From Curvularia clavata (taxonomy: Eukaryota), in assembly GCA_023920165.1 (NCBI GenBank), contig CP089278.1, forward strand, positions 992,001-1,056,000: a stretch of DNA of 64,000 bases, in the 5' to 3' direction. Of the stretch, positions 39,954 through 52,995 are shown in pieces; position 1 is the stretch's first letter; every line of letters starts with the position of its first letter. A model generated the notes under the pieces. The model ran no database searches. It worked only from the letters and a program-made list of their open reading frames with translations, and was not told where the DNA came from. The position numbers and the translations under genes are program-made.

Positions 39954-41750
39954 ATGTCGTCGTCGTTCTTTACCACGCCAGCCTCACAAAGGAAACGAAA
40001 GCGATCCGAAGCTCAGGCTGGCGCTCCGAAAAGGCGCAACACCGACACCAATGCTCGTCGCGCCCAGCGAGAAGAATCTATCAGCGGCAGCGACGCATCC
40101 GACGATGACGGCGGACCAGTCTTTGACGACGACCAGGACGACTCAGAGACTTCTGAAGATGAGAATGAAACGGCAGCTGAGAAGCGCCTTCGATTGGCAG
40201 AGCGCTACCTAGAAAATATCCGCAACGAGGTCGAGCAAGAGGTGGGCTTCGACGCCGAGCAAATTGACAAGGACCTCATAGCCGAAAGACTGAAAGAGGA
40301 TGTCGCAGAAGGAAAGGGAAAGATCTACCGCTCCATCGCCGACGAACTAGACTTTGGGCGCGCATCGCATACCGCAGCCTACTCGGGCCTCCAGAAGGCG
40401 ATAACGGGCTGCGCTGTGAAGCTGCCCTATGCATGGACAATCAGCAAGGACCTGGTCGTTGAAAAGTGGGAGATTGCGGATCCGAAATCATACGCTCCAG
40501 ATGCCAACCGTCCGACCAATATCACGCCGCGCAGGACTCCCAAGAGACTTCTCTGGCGCAAGGGGAACAAGAATAAGAAGGGCGACAGGGCCTTCTTAGG
40601 CCATACTGGCGAGATTGTGTCCATCGCCATTTCTGACTCAGGAAAATATCTAGCTACTGGCGACATGCACGCCCGCTTAATTATTTGGGACGCCGATACC
40701 CTCACGCCTCGCCACTTGTTTACTCGGCATCGCGATGCTGTTCTTTCGCTTTCTTTCCGTCGAGGGACTGACCAACTTTTCTCTGGTGGAGCAGACCGCG
40801 CTGTCATTGTTTGGAGCGCCCCTGAATCTGCGTACATTGAGACACTGGTGGGACACCAAGACGCTGTCATTGGTATCGCTGGTGGACTCGAGTCGAACCA
40901 GGAGACTTGCGTCAGTGTAGGTGCGCGGGATCGCACTGCCCGTCTATGGAGGGTCGTCGAGGAAAACCAATTGGTCTTCCATGGTGGCGGCACGGCACGA
41001 CAGAAGGGCCTGGACAAGCTGCGCAAAGGCCGCTTTGGCAAGAATGTTGACGGGGACGATGCAAAGGACGGAATGACCAACGGCACCAACCCTGACGACG
41101 ACGTACCAATCGCTTATGCAGAAGGTTCTATTGACTGCGTTGGCCTTCTTGATGCCAGCTTGTTCGTTACAGCTTCCGACAATGGCGCCCTCTCGTTGTG
41201 GTCAATCACTAGGAAGAAGCCTCTCTTCACCTATCCACTTACTCACGGTCGTGATCCGCCACTTTCGCCCGAGGAAATGTCAGCTAATCACGATGCTACC
41301 ACCTCGGTCAAGCCTGGACCGCGCCTACCACGATACGTTACCGCACTTGCCACAGTTCCATTTGCCAACCTTGTCCTTACAGCGAGTTGGGATGGCTGGA
41401 TACGTGCTTGGAAAATCACCGACGACAAGAAGGCTATCGAGCCTCTTGGCAAGGTTGGACAGGTACCCCTTGATGACGATGAGGATGCAGCGATGAACGG
41501 CGACAGTGAAAACGGTACAATTCTAATTCGAGGTATCGTCAACGGTCTGTCGATACAGGAAAGAGGCGATAGGGGAAAAGACGGATTATGCATCGTAGCC
41601 GCTGTAGGCAAGGAACCAAGACTCGCCAGATGGATGTCAGGAAAAGTCAAAAACGGCATTTACGTGTTCGAAGTACCTCGAAAAAGCCTAATCAACGGCA
41701 CAGAGGCAGATGACGACGAAGACGAAGATGAGGATGAAGCCGAGGCTTGA
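39954..41750 (+). CDS. RRP9: U3 snoRNP-associated WD40 protein Rrp9
   Basis: ETAAEKRLRLAERYLE, DKDLIAERLKEDV, YIETLVGHQD, VGARDRTARLW, KEPRLARW. ATG at 39954. Confidence 0.93.
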   Translation: MSSSFFTTPASQRKRKRSEAQAGAPKRRNTDTNARRAQREESISGSDASDDDGGPVFDDDQDDSETSEDENETAAEKRLRLAERYLENIRNEVEQEVGFDAEQIDKDLIAERLKEDVAEGKGKIYRSIADELDFGRASHTAAYSGLQKAITGCAVKLPYAWTISKDLVVEKWEIADPKSYAPDANRPTNITPRRTPKRLLWRKGNKNKKGDRAFLGHTGEIVSIAISDSGKYLATGDMHARLIIWDADTLTPRHLFTRHRDAVLSLSFRRGTDQLFSGGADRAVIVWSAPESAYIETLVGHQDAVIGIAGGLESNQETCVSVGARDRTARLWRVVEENQLVFHGGGTARQKGLDKLRKGRFGKNVDGDDAKDGMTNGTNPDDDVPIAYAEGSIDCVGLLDASLFVTASDNGALSLWSITRKKPLFTYPLTHGRDPPLSPEEMSANHDATTSVKPGPRLPRYVTALATVPFANLVLTASWDGWIRAWKITDDKKAIEPLGKVGQVPLDDDEDAAMNGDSENGTILIRGIVNGLSIQERGDRGKDGLCIVAAVGKEPRLARWMSGKVKNGIYVFEVPRKSLINGTEADDDEDEDEDEAEA

Positions 41751-41892
41751 AACGCCAAAAAGAAAAGCATCTTTTTGCATTGTCACGGCGTTTGCTTTTC
41801 TGTCTAAATGCATTTTCTTCATACTTTAGATACCAAATCTATTTCTGCGCTTTGTAAGGGTCAACACACAAATGCCAGGTGTCTGACTTCTT

Positions 41893-42787
41893 TTACAAGG
41901 TGCCATAAGGCAGTTTCTCCACATTCGCCATGGTGCCGTTCGCATTGACGCCCCCCGCCTCAAAGATGCTCGCTCTCAGTTCCATCTCCCCAAAGTAATT
42001 CGGTCCTGAGCTATGCTTGAACCCGAGCTTTTCAAACAGCGACAAGCTACGCTTGTTTTCCCGGTCGATTTTGACTCGCAGGTACCTTAGCGTGCTTTCT
42101 TTGGCTGTGTCTTGGTGTGTGTATTCTGCGAGAATGGCGGGCAGAGAGGCTGAAATGTACCATATGAATGCTTGCAAGGCTTCTTGTGCAAGACCCTGGC
42201 CTCGTGCTTCGGGACGGGCAATCATGATTTCCAACTCGCCGATGACTGGTATGCGGGAATCTTGTTGTTTCTTGTTTTCCTCGTCATCGTCGTCTGAAGG
42301 AAAGAGGAAAAGGTTCTGCAGGCGTAGGGTGTTACAAGGTCAAGGTACACAAACTGGATCGGCTATTTGTTGTTGGTTCGACTTACAACATCCCCAATCA
42401 TGCGCTCGGGTGCATCTTGTTTTCCTGGAGTCACGTGCTTCTCAGACCGTGTGGCTGCGTCTGGTGCGTTGCAGATGATGAATGTCAATTTATCAGCATC
42501 CTGCCGCCAAGACTCTTGCATGGCGTATTCTTCTGGAAGTGTGAGCGGCTCGGATGCTGTAAGCTTTTGCAGGTCCTGTTGATGTACTTAGTTGGTGTTT
42601 GCCAAATATGGATAGTGTTGAGATATAGTACTTCATCTTGCATCCATTCGTGATATGTTTGTACGTGATGCGAACAGTATGGTACAAGCAGGAGTCGAGG
42701 GGTGAGGACGCCTGGGATGTTCTTAGTATTAGTAGATACAAGAAAAGTCGGTTGAGATTGCATACACTCGTTTTCGTTCAATTTCAT
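41893..42787 (-). CDS. GNAT N-acetyltransferase 9-like protein (4 exons)
   Basis: Spliced product has [65 protein letters not shown]. Three GT-AG introns. Confidence 0.9.
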
Positions 42788-43253
42788 TGCTGCGTTGTTG
42801 AGAAATAAATTTTCTTGTAGACTGAATAAGAGTGTTGAAGTTAAAATTGAATGCCGATAATTAGCCACAGATTTTACTGTTATCTCGCATTAACTGAGTG
42901 AAAGCCAAGTAGCGTAAAATTCAGTACCGTCATTCAGATTTAACTCTTTTCAGTGGGGATGTTGGCACACGGATATCCACACGTGAAGTCGTGTTGACGA
43001 ACGTTCATCGTGCCTGATGTGGTTAGGCGAGGGCGGCAAGATGGACCAGCCGTCTCGCTAGTAACCTCATCACAACATACGTGCATACACAACAACCTTT
43101 CTCGCACAACCTCAAACTTTAACAAATTTTTGGACCAATATCTGGAGGAGATTAAAAGAAAATCACGAATCAAAACCAAGAATAGCCACGCGACCTTGAA
43201 TTAGTGTTCCCGTTTTGCACTTCACCCTAACCCTCATCACAACATTCCCACCA

Positions 43254-44544
43254 ATGGACCGCCCTCACGTCCTAGTAACAGGCGGCTGCGGTTTCCTCGG
43301 CACATCCATAGTCTCCGCCTTGATAGAAACCGGAAAATACACTATCACAGCAATTGACATCAACCCCCCTTCCCTTGGCAGCGCATCCTTCGCTACCAAT
43401 GCCTCCGTACGCTACGTACGCTGCGACATTCTCGACAGCAATTCTCTAACCCAAGTATTTTCCGAAGCGCGGCCTACAGCCGTAATCCATACCGCAGCCG
43501 TGTTCTACGTAGGCTCAAGGCGGTACACCATGAAAGACAAAGACGCTGTCTTCAAAGTGAATGTCGAGGGCACACGCAATTTGCTCAATGTAAGTCGGGA
43601 GAGTGGTGTAAAGGCGTTTGTGTATACGAGTAGTATTGCCGTGGTGGTCGATGAGCTGGATCAGGATTTTAGGAATGTGGATGAGGAGTGGCCGATTGGA
43701 AAGGCGCAGACGAGTTATGGGCAGAGTAAGGTAAATATTCTCATTTTTCCTTCTCTGATCATTGAAGTCTTTTCTGTCTTTTTCTCAAAATCATACACCT
43801 TCTTTTGCACGAAAATAGAGTATCATTCATTTCTTCAAACTCCACAGCTGCTCACTACAACCTTCAACTTTTCTTCTCCTTGAACCACTTCAACTTTATC
43901 CTTCTCTATCCTCCACCTCAAAGACTTCAACCCCTTCTAACCTTACTCCCCAGGCCCTCGCCGAATCCCTCATCCTCACCTCCAACACCCCCTCCTTCTT
44001 AACATGCGCCTTACGTCCAGCCCCCATCTTCGGTCCCACCGACACCATCGTCATCCCCACCATCCACGCCTGCATCCCCGCCCACCAAACTCCCTTTGTC
44101 CTCGGCTCCGGCACCAACCTGCAAGACTACGTCTACATCGACAACGTCTCCCACGCCCACCTCCTCGCATTACAAAACCTCCTCTCCCCGAACCCTTCCG
44201 CAGCAGGCCAATCCTTCTTCATCACAAACGACACCCCGCTAACCCCCCGCGCCCTCTGCCTCTTCATCTGGCGCCAGTTTGGGCACGTACCGCAATACCA
44301 AGTCCAGTTGCCAGAAGCAGTAGCGCGCTGGATGGGATATGCAGCCGAATGCGTCGAAGCTCTTTCAGGCAGTGAAGCGGGATTAAGTAGGGGATTGGTG
44401 AGTGAAGGGTGTAGAGATCGCTATGTTTCTATTGATAAGGCGAGGAGGGTGCTGGGATATGAGGTCAAAGTGGGGATGGAGGAGGGGCTGAGGAGGAGTT
44501 GTGAAGAGTATAAGGCTAGGATTGAGGGGAGGAAGAAGACGTAA
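43254..44544 (+). CDS. 3-beta-hydroxysteroid dehydrogenase / sterol-4-alpha-carboxylate 3-dehydrogenase (Erg26-like)
   Basis: VLVTGGCGFLG, VNVEGT, YTSS, catalytic YGQSK, ALRPAPIFGP, DYVYIDNVSHAH. Intron 43731-43953; 355 aa. Confidence 0.85.
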
Positions 44545-44883
44545 GATTAGAGTTGGGGTTCTGTTTTCTTGTTTTTGTTTGAAGAAGAGTGGATTTGGGT
44601 GGTGTTCTGGGCAAGGTACGTATGATTCTTGGAAGGCTTGGAGTTGAAATAACTCTTTTAATGCCTGTTAAGACGGATGGACATTTCAGTCTTTGGGCTA
44701 ACACACTAATGTGTATCATGCTGCTCATTGTATAGTCATGATCAAATAAATCACAGCTGTGTCATAACATTCATGCATGATAGATGTCACATGATCTCAT
44801 TGTCTCTCTCATGCATATTTTCCAACAAAATGGCTGTCCATATTATTTAATGCACGCCCAACTCAATCCTCCTGTACTCAAAC

Positions 44884-47218
44884 CTAGTTGATAACCTCCT
44901 CCGACTCCTCAATAATCTCCTCGACAATCTCCTCAATCTCCTCCTGGTGGCCATCCTCTGCTTGTCCGGGAGTCTCTCCCTTGAGGGATGCCAACTCCAG
45001 GTCTGCACCCTCCTCACGCAGCCTCTGGGTAACTTCCTCGCGCCACCTGCGCCACTCGTTGAGCATCTCACGGCGGGCCTCGACAACAGCCTTGTTAGCG
45101 GAGCTCTTCTTAGCAAGATCCTGCTCGTCAAAGATCTTGGAGTAGTTGCGGAGATTCTTGCGGATCTCAGCTTGCTCTTCCTTGGAGAGCAGTGTCGGGG
45201 GTCGTGGGCGCCAGAGAAGTTGCTTGAAGCCTTCAATAGCTTCTTCCCGGAGAAGAGTGCCCTTGAAGTCGTAAAGGTGGTAGCCGTTTTCCATCTATCA
45301 AATGTTAGTCATAGCAACAAAAAACAGTTCATTCTATACATACGCGGTGACGGAAAGCACTGGCAACGGTGGCGACGTAGCGACCAGTGGGATCCCACTC
45401 AATGTCGGTGACACCATAGTGCTCGGCTGTGTCCATGAGCTGCAGGTTGGCGTTGACCTCCTTGTCACCCTTCTCAGACTCGTCCTTTGGCTTGTCAAAG
45501 CTCATGTCCCAGAACTCGAGCTCGAAAGACTGCTGTGATTGAAGGGCAGCAACAACGACGAACCGTCCCTTAGGCGACCAGTAGATGGCGTTACTGTTCT
45601 TCTTGTCGATTGTTCGAATGTGGCGGAAGTTTCCAACAGCTCCTCCCTTGAGCTTCTCAGTAGCGAAGAACGAAACGGCAGTCTTGGGGCCTACGGCAGC
45701 ACCTTGAATGACCTCGCCAGTAGTGATGAGCACGAAACGGTTGCCCTTGGGCTCCCAAGCAAAGTTGATGACAGTGTCCTTGATAGAATCAACAACCTCG
45801 ACTGGCACACCCTTCTCGCGCACGCGGAAGATTTCCAGATTTGTCGCGAGCGACTTCTTGGACTTGGAGTGGCGGTCGACCTTGACGCAGACGTAGGCGG
45901 CTTCTGATTGCCAGTGCAGCTTGGCATCGGAAACGTTGAAGAGGTTACGGGTACGTACAACCTCCTTGGATGGGATCGACATGAGACCGACTTTGGCGGG
46001 GTTGCTACCAAGCTCAGGAGTCCAGTAGCAGAAGAGCTGTTCGTAGGTCTTGATTCCTTCTCTGCGTGGAGTAGCAGGAGCCCACTCAAAGTCCATGACG
46101 CCCTCAATCTTGACTGATGTCTTATCAAGGAGGTTCATACGGGGCAGCTCGTAGATGGAAATGGACTGGCCCTGTGTCATACGTGCAACATACTTGTCGT
46201 CGGCAGACCACTTGAACGTAGGCCACTGCAGCTTCTTCTTGATAGGATTGCCTTCTGGGTCGGTACCGCCGGGGACGTCGATGGTAGCAAAAGAACGCAG
46301 GGGCTTGCCTGTGGCAATGTCCCAGATGATGTAGTTCTTGCCATCCTCCTCAAGCGAGAGAGATGGAACGGGGTGGTTCTCGTCGACCTGGAGTGGGCGG
46401 TGCGACCAGGTGGTGAGGTACTTCTCACCGGGCGAGAAGTCGACAAGGTTGACACCGGGATGCGCGAAACGCTTTTGCCTGCTCCATGATTTGCCACCCC
46501 ACAGTTGTACACCTTGAGCGTGCATGGATGTGAGGTAAGTTCCTTGTGGCGACCACTGGATGAAAGACTCCGTCCAGTTCTCGCGGTCCACAACCTGCTC
46601 AGGCTGGTCCTCCTTCTCGTTCCAGTAGACGCCAACCCTATCCTGGCGGTACATGGCAATTTGGTCGCGGCTGTCCTCATCTGCGAGCCACCACCTCAGG
46701 TGCTCTTTCTGCTCGAACGGTGGGATCTCTGGCGGGTGGTATTCTTCATCAATGCGGCCCTCCTTGCCGTAGCGGTCGATATCGGTAAGCTTGTTCACAG
46801 CCATGGTGTGCTTCTTGTCGAGCGGGGTTCCGTTGAGCTGTTTGACGGCTGCGACAGCCTCGGCGGGTGCGCTGTACTCGACAAAGGCATATCTGTGTCG
46901 CCGTCAGTGCCTTGGCCTCTACATTTACCGGCGCATGGCAATATCAACGTACCCCTCAGTCTTGCCCGACTCGTTCAAGGGCATGTGTACACCATCGTCC
47001 TTGACCTTGCCCACGCTGTTCAGCTTGCGCAGCACGAACTTGACCAGCTTGCTCTTGCTGTCCTCTGGGACTATAGGCAGTCCGTCGATTACGACAAAGG
47101 CGTCAAGCCCCTCATCGAGCCGGACCTGGAACTGTTCTTCGATGTCGGTGAAGTCGATTTGGCTCTCGTCGAATTCGTCGTCGCCGTCCATGGGCAGATT
47201 CGAGTATGCCGACGCCAT
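44884..47218 (-). CDS. PRT1: Translation initiation factor eIF3 subunit b
   Basis: N-terminal RRM ([10 protein letters not shown]), [37 protein letters not shown]. Two introns. Confidence 0.96.
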
Positions 47219-47612
47219 GGTTGCTGGCTTTTCGAGTCACTAGCGATGTGTTTCAATCTGCCTGCGGGGGATTGAGACTTTGGCGACTGCATGGTAATTT
47301 TGGTGCGCGCTAGTGGGGGGTGGCGCGCACGGGCCTCTGAACTGAACGACGACTGAACGATTGATTGATATTGGTTATTACACTACATGACAAAAGATGA
47401 CAAGGCCTGCAAAAAGGAACCCATTCCTGCGCATACAAGGCAGGAACAGCGTGCCTAGTCCAACATCGTTAAATGGTCCTCGTCTTCCCTCTGGCTCTAC
47501 ATGGTAACGCCATACATGCGCTGCTCAGCTGGTCGATACCATCGTACAAGTCCGCACGCTGCCCAAGGAAGGTGTACACTAGAAGAACAAAACACATAAG
47601 TATCGGCTATTC

Positions 47613-50600
47613 TTACAAGCCGCGCTTACCTTCAACTGCGTCAAGGATTGGATTCTTAATCAACCTTCCGCCCGCAGAGACTCGCTTCTGCAGTCTTGCA
47701 TCCCGTTCGCGTGACCTTTCCGACGGCGAGCTGCCATTTCCAGCCAGGATTGGTGGTAGAGGTGGAAGCTTCTCCATCGTGGCTGTCGTTTGGTTGTTTG
47801 AGGAGGGTGGCGGGAGCTTTCCTGCACGTTGATCCGCCTTGAAGTCGAGATAGGCTCGTGCCGAATAGCCCAATGGGATAGGAGCTGGTGCAAGCGGTAA
47901 CTCGGCGCCGTTCTGCAAAAGTAGCTCTGCCACAGGAAAAGCTTTCCGTGCAGCCTGTGCTGTACCGGGTCGTGAAGGAATGCCTGGAGAAGTTGCTGGT
48001 GACGCTGATGCCGAAGGAGATGCTGGATCTGCTGCCGCAAGTGCTAGGAACACAACATGTGTGCCCCGCGACTTATCACGCGCATTCGGATTGGCTCGTA
48101 ATGCCAATGCGTACAACACATTTTCAATGTCGTTCTTCTTAACCGACGCGAGCAGTTTCTCCTCAGGGTTCGCATAGTGCGACATGTTTGGCGTGATTGG
48201 TGCCACGAACGCTCGTTCCGCGTACTTTGATGTGATGAAATGAAGCCTCTGTTCTCTAGTAGACATTGGCCCTGGTTTCTTTCCTGGGTCTAGCCTGGCT
48301 TCCCAGATGGAGTTGCTGATGCGGTTGCCGACTTTCAACAATATCTCGATAATATCGGGCGTAAAGGAAGTGACATCAAGGGTCAACGAGCGCACCTTTG
48401 TAATGTGCGTGCCCAAGGACCGATGAATACCGCTGCATTCGATGCATATGATGATACCGAGGTTGATAGAGACCCAGTCTACCTTGATTTCTGTGCCACA
48501 ATCCGCACATACCCTGTTGCTGGGATCCGCCTCGCGAACTTGCTTCAGCAGCTTGCCATCATCACCCAGTGCCTCGTCTCGGCGATAGCCGGGCCGGTCG
48601 CCAACTGTGGCATGGCGGGCAGGGGCCTTGGAACTGTAGTTATTGCGGTGGCTTGACATGGAGGGACTCTTTCCGGTGAGGACTGATGCGATGTCGCGGT
48701 GAGTTTGTCCAGGCAGTGAATCAGTCGATGGTCGATCGGATTGTCCGGCACTCTCAACGGCTGTTTGTAGGGCATTATTGACGGCATTGATCCACGACTT
48801 CATGTCATCTTCGTTGGTAGCCTGGTATACTCGCGTGTACTGTGGGGTAATGACTTCGAAACAGAAGCGACGGTCCGCGTTGCGTGCTTCACGCACTGAG
48901 GCCATGCGGAGATCAATGGGGTCCATATGCAATTCCAAACTTTGCTTCCAGTTGGTGTATTCCGAAATCTTGCCTTGGTCAAGGACGACCCAGAATCTAA
49001 CATGTCAGTATTGCTTTGGCCTTTGAGTTTGTGTAAAAAGCTTACTTGTGCCAAGCTTGTTTGTTCAAGCCCTTTGGATCTACATGGCTTCCGGGTCTGC
49101 TGAGCGACCAGAGAAGCCCCTCTTTGCGGTATGCACCTGATCCAGCCTCCACCATAGAGGCGAGGTCCTTCTCCTCAAGATCTCTGATTCCCTTGAACTT
49201 GTCTGCCTGTGGTGCAGCCATTGCTACGTTCACTTTGCTGGCTTCTGGACTTAGCGGTAAAGCTATAGACGAAGGATTACTTGTAGACAGTGCGGTCTGA
49301 GGGGAAGCTATCGAGCCCGGGACAATGCTGCCCTTTCGGCCAGGAATAGACTCTGGCTCAGATCTTGACAGTGTTCTTGGTACGTTTGCAGCAGATGCTG
49401 CTGGTGACGTGACGGATGAGTTTGGTGGATCGTCAAAATTCTTCTTGATGGTCTCGAGGGCGCGTCGTTTTTCTTCTCGCTCCGTTCTCTGAATCTGGAA
49501 CTCCTTGTCTGCCTCCTTTACCTCGCAAGTCAGAGCCTCAAGATGTGGTAGCATGGTTTCGATCTTCTTTGCAGTCTCGAGGTAACGCTTGGCTTGCGCG
49601 TCTGCATATCGCGTCAGGTGAGAAAGCACCTCTTGGTCTTTCCTACCGCCATGTAGATCTTGCATGAAGGAAGAGTAATCGAAGCGCTTCAGCTCAAAAT
49701 TCCGCCTCTTGGCTAAGTACTTGGAGTCTGTTTCAGCGCGCTTCTTCTCTTTGAGGGTATCCTGTCGTTGGCCAAGATATCTGCCCAGGTATTGGTAGTA
49801 ATCTTTGCTCTCTTCTTCAAAATCCTTGCGCTTTGTCTCGGCCTGTTTGATATCGATGTTGTACAGTTTGTAAATGGGGTCAATAATGAGTTTCTGGATG
49901 TTGGTCGCATTCGACTTTTCGTACACCAGAATTTCCTTTGCTATCTTGTCGAAGTAATGGTCAATGGCAGGCTGCACTGCGTTGGCATTGGAGGACGACG
50001 CTTCTCTCAACGCGTCCATGAGATCGGACATGGCATTGTTGCACCCCACCTGGGCTTCCATGGCAGCTTCGGCGCGCTTCAACACCTTCTTCCAGCGCGT
50101 GCGCATGTTGCCTGTCTTTTGCTCCAGCGACTTCATCGTAGCTCGAAACAAGGGCCCGTCATCCGTTTGACTAAGATCCTCGCCTGGCCGGGATACATCA
50201 AGTTTCACTGGCACACTCCCGCTGGACAAAGTGGTCGCTTGGCTCGGTACCAGTCCCAGACTATGCTCTGGTATGGGCTCAAAAGTGGGTGATTTGGGCG
50301 GAACAGCCTCCCATTCCTTGTCTTCGCCAGCCGAGTCGCTGACCCGAGATTCTATGGACTGAGTCGAGGGCACACGGAGGCGAGGCGGAACGCTAAGTTC
50401 CATGCGCGGAGCGGGCGACCTGGGACTCTGCACCTGGCGTGATGTATCTGGGACTGTCAGTTGGACGCTCGTTTCCCTACTGTTTGCGCAGGACTTACTC
50501 TGTACCCAAAAAGCGAAGCTTGCGAGTGTCTCGAGCCGATGTGCTCGCTGATCATACTCGACAAACTTGGAAACTGTCAGCTGCGTAGCCATAGAAAGGA

Positions 50601-51342
50601 GCCATTACACATACGCTGCAGCTCGTACGCCAGCCCCCGCCGCGGGACTCTGTAGGCTTGGGAGGGGTCCATTTCCACGACCACTGGAACTGTACCGAAG
50701 CATGCCCACCCGTAGAATAGTCGCCCACCAGCTCTACCTGGGGATTCTTGTGAAGGTTGGGGTTGGCGTGAAACTCGCGGGTGACGAGGTTGTCGAGGTC
50801 CTTTGAGCTCGAGGCGAAGAGAAAAGTTAGGCCGTTGATGTTGGTATCAACGAGGCCCGAGGGTGAAATGGCGGAATTAGTGTTGACATTGTATATGCTG
50901 GGAACAGCTAGATGCTGGCGGACGATAAAGGTGAAATTGAAGGTGAGCTCCTCGTCGTTGGACAGGCGGATGAGGAAGGCTGGGGGCCCGTCGCTGGACG
51001 GGGCAGCCTCTGGGTCCTGTGCATAAGGTTCAGCACGGCGTCGGGCATAGAGGACTGAGCTGAGCTGGCTGAGCTGAGCTGGGGTTGCTTACCTGGATGT
51101 ACTCGACAACGCTATCGTCGCCAAAGTCGCGGCGGGCGGCATAGCGCGTGGCGGGGAAGGCGTTGGGGGTGACGTTCAGCAGCGTGCGGTTGCGGCCATT
51201 GGTGATGGTGAGGGAGGCGACCGAAACTGTGGGCGGGGGGTTAGCAGTGGGAGGCAGCAGGAGAGGGGGGCAAGGTACATCTGGTCTGGTCGCGCAGATA
51301 CAGGGCGCCTGCATCGCCGGCTTTGCTGTGGACAGCGCCCAT
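47613..51342 (-). CDS. ArfGAP with BAR and PH domains (Csx2/centaurin-like, 5 exons)
   Basis: DDGPLFRA (BAR), RKEGLLW..RRFCFEVITP (PH), CADC..WVSINLG..CIECSGIHRSLGTHITKVRSL (ArfGAP). Start MGAVHS. Four introns. Confidence 0.9.
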
Positions 51343-51490
51343 GGCGGCGAGGAGGTCGAGGAGAAGCGCGGGCGCATTCCTCTGGCGCCGGGATGAATAT
51401 GGGGTATAGCGCTATGATTAGAGTGGAGGGGCCGACTCGACTGGGGGGGGGGGGGAACGTCGACGAGGGTTGGGCTGGGGCGAGCTCTTG

Positions 51491-51510
51491 CGCAGCGCAG
51501 CGCAGCGCAG
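51491..51510 (+). repeat. (CGCAG)4 microsatellite, with a poly-G run at ~51443-51456
   Basis: Read directly in the ArfGAP/ATP11 divergent intergenic region; a similar GCAGC repeat lies at 31247-31265. Confidence 0.85.
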
Positions 51511-51866
51511 TCAGGTGTGTCTGTCGTTTTAGCGACCCAAGGCCAAAGACACAAGGCGGGGGAGGCAACGGTCATGCAGGAACGGCAGCGGGTGAAACAA
51601 CAGTCACGGCACTGCCAGATCGCCTGCGACCTGGTCCCATTATGCCTGGATATCGTCCCTGCATGCGCCCGCCAATCAGAACCCCCGTCCTTCCGCCGCC
51701 CAAAAATGCAGGGCCGTCATCATCGAAAAGAATCGATCAGAGTACTTGCACACGAACGACATCCATCACCAGATATCCACGCCCACCGTAGTCGCCCCGA
51801 CATTGCCCCGTCCGCCAGCGCCCTGCGACGTGTCTCGTGTTGCCGTCTCCTGCTGACCTGCTCACA

Positions 51867-52889
51867 ATGCCGCTCCGCATTCCCCCGCTGCGCCACGGCC
51901 TACGCCACGCCCTGCGCCAGCCCTCACAGCGCAGATGGGCACAGGTCCAGGACGTTCGCTTCCTCGTCACCCACGACACTCACGAGCGCGTGCTTGCAAA
52001 GTACCGTGACAAGCTTGAGACAAAGGCCAAGGAGAAGGGCCTCAAGGACCTCGACGAGCTCAAGGCCCAGTACAAGGACAAGATAGAGGAGCTGCGGAAG
52101 CAGGCCATAGTGCCCGGCGCAACAGGCCCTCTGACCCCTCCACCAGCGCAGAAGCAGCAACACCAACCACAACAAAAACAATCACAGCACAATGACGCCG
52201 CGTCAGCGAAACCAGACAGTCCCTGGCCCGCGCCTCCACCACCTCCCCGCGCAGGTGCTGGCTCTCCTACCGCCCCGCCTCCGGGTGTCCAGACACTCGA
52301 GTCCTTCCTCGACCTCTCCAAAGTCCAGACGCTCTCGAGACAAGAGATAGAAGCCCTCTGGCGCATGCGCCACGCAGGCAATCCCCAGGGCCTGCACTTC
52401 GCCGTGCCCGCAAACACCTTTTCCCAGCTCCTGCGTAGCGCAAAGCAACATCCTTCCTTCGTGCTGCCCGTACCCCGCGAGATACCCGCCGACGCTGAGA
52501 CAGCCGGGCCCGACGCCCAAGGCCAGACACAGCAGGCTGTTGAGCTACACTACCTCCAGTTCGCACACCCCCACCCCCACACGACGACGCTCATGTTCAC
52601 CACCCTCGCCGAGTTCAAGCTGCGCGGCGAGTTCGCTAGTCCCCATACCACCGTCACGTTCCACCAGGAGCTGGCTGATAGCCATAACCTCGTGCTCGGA
52701 CAAGGCCTGGTCATGGAGAAGCGTGGCATTAGCGTCGACGAGGCTAGATGGCTCGTCATGTGCATGCAAAAGTTCTACGTTCAGACCGACGAAGGAAAAG
52801 GACGAAGTGAGCTGTTAGACATGTTCACTAGGGGCGACAGTGCATTCGAGGTCCAGCGGCTTATTGATGAAGCCGAAAAAATACTGTAA
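51867..52889 (+). CDS. ATP11: Mitochondrial F1-ATPase assembly factor Atp11
   Basis: R-rich presequence, KYRDKL, IEALWRMRH, FVLPVPR, FTTLAEFKLRGEFASPH, MQKFY. Confidence 0.92.
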   Translation: MPLRIPPLRHGLRHALRQPSQRRWAQVQDVRFLVTHDTHERVLAKYRDKLETKAKEKGLKDLDELKAQYKDKIEELRKQAIVPGATGPLTPPPAQKQQHQPQQKQSQHNDAASAKPDSPWPAPPPPPRAGAGSPTAPPPGVQTLESFLDLSKVQTLSRQEIEALWRMRHAGNPQGLHFAVPANTFSQLLRSAKQHPSFVLPVPREIPADAETAGPDAQGQTQQAVELHYLQFAHPHPHTTTLMFTTLAEFKLRGEFASPHTTVTFHQELADSHNLVLGQGLVMEKRGISVDEARWLVMCMQKFYVQTDEGKGRSELLDMFTRGDSAFEVQRLIDEAEKIL

Positions 52890-52995
52890 GATATACTTGT
52901 ATGAATGTCGGGAGAACCCGTGTCTCTCCCACTTGTAAAATCACCATCATTATTATCATTACATCCAACACATTGTAACATGTATGTGTCTTTGT

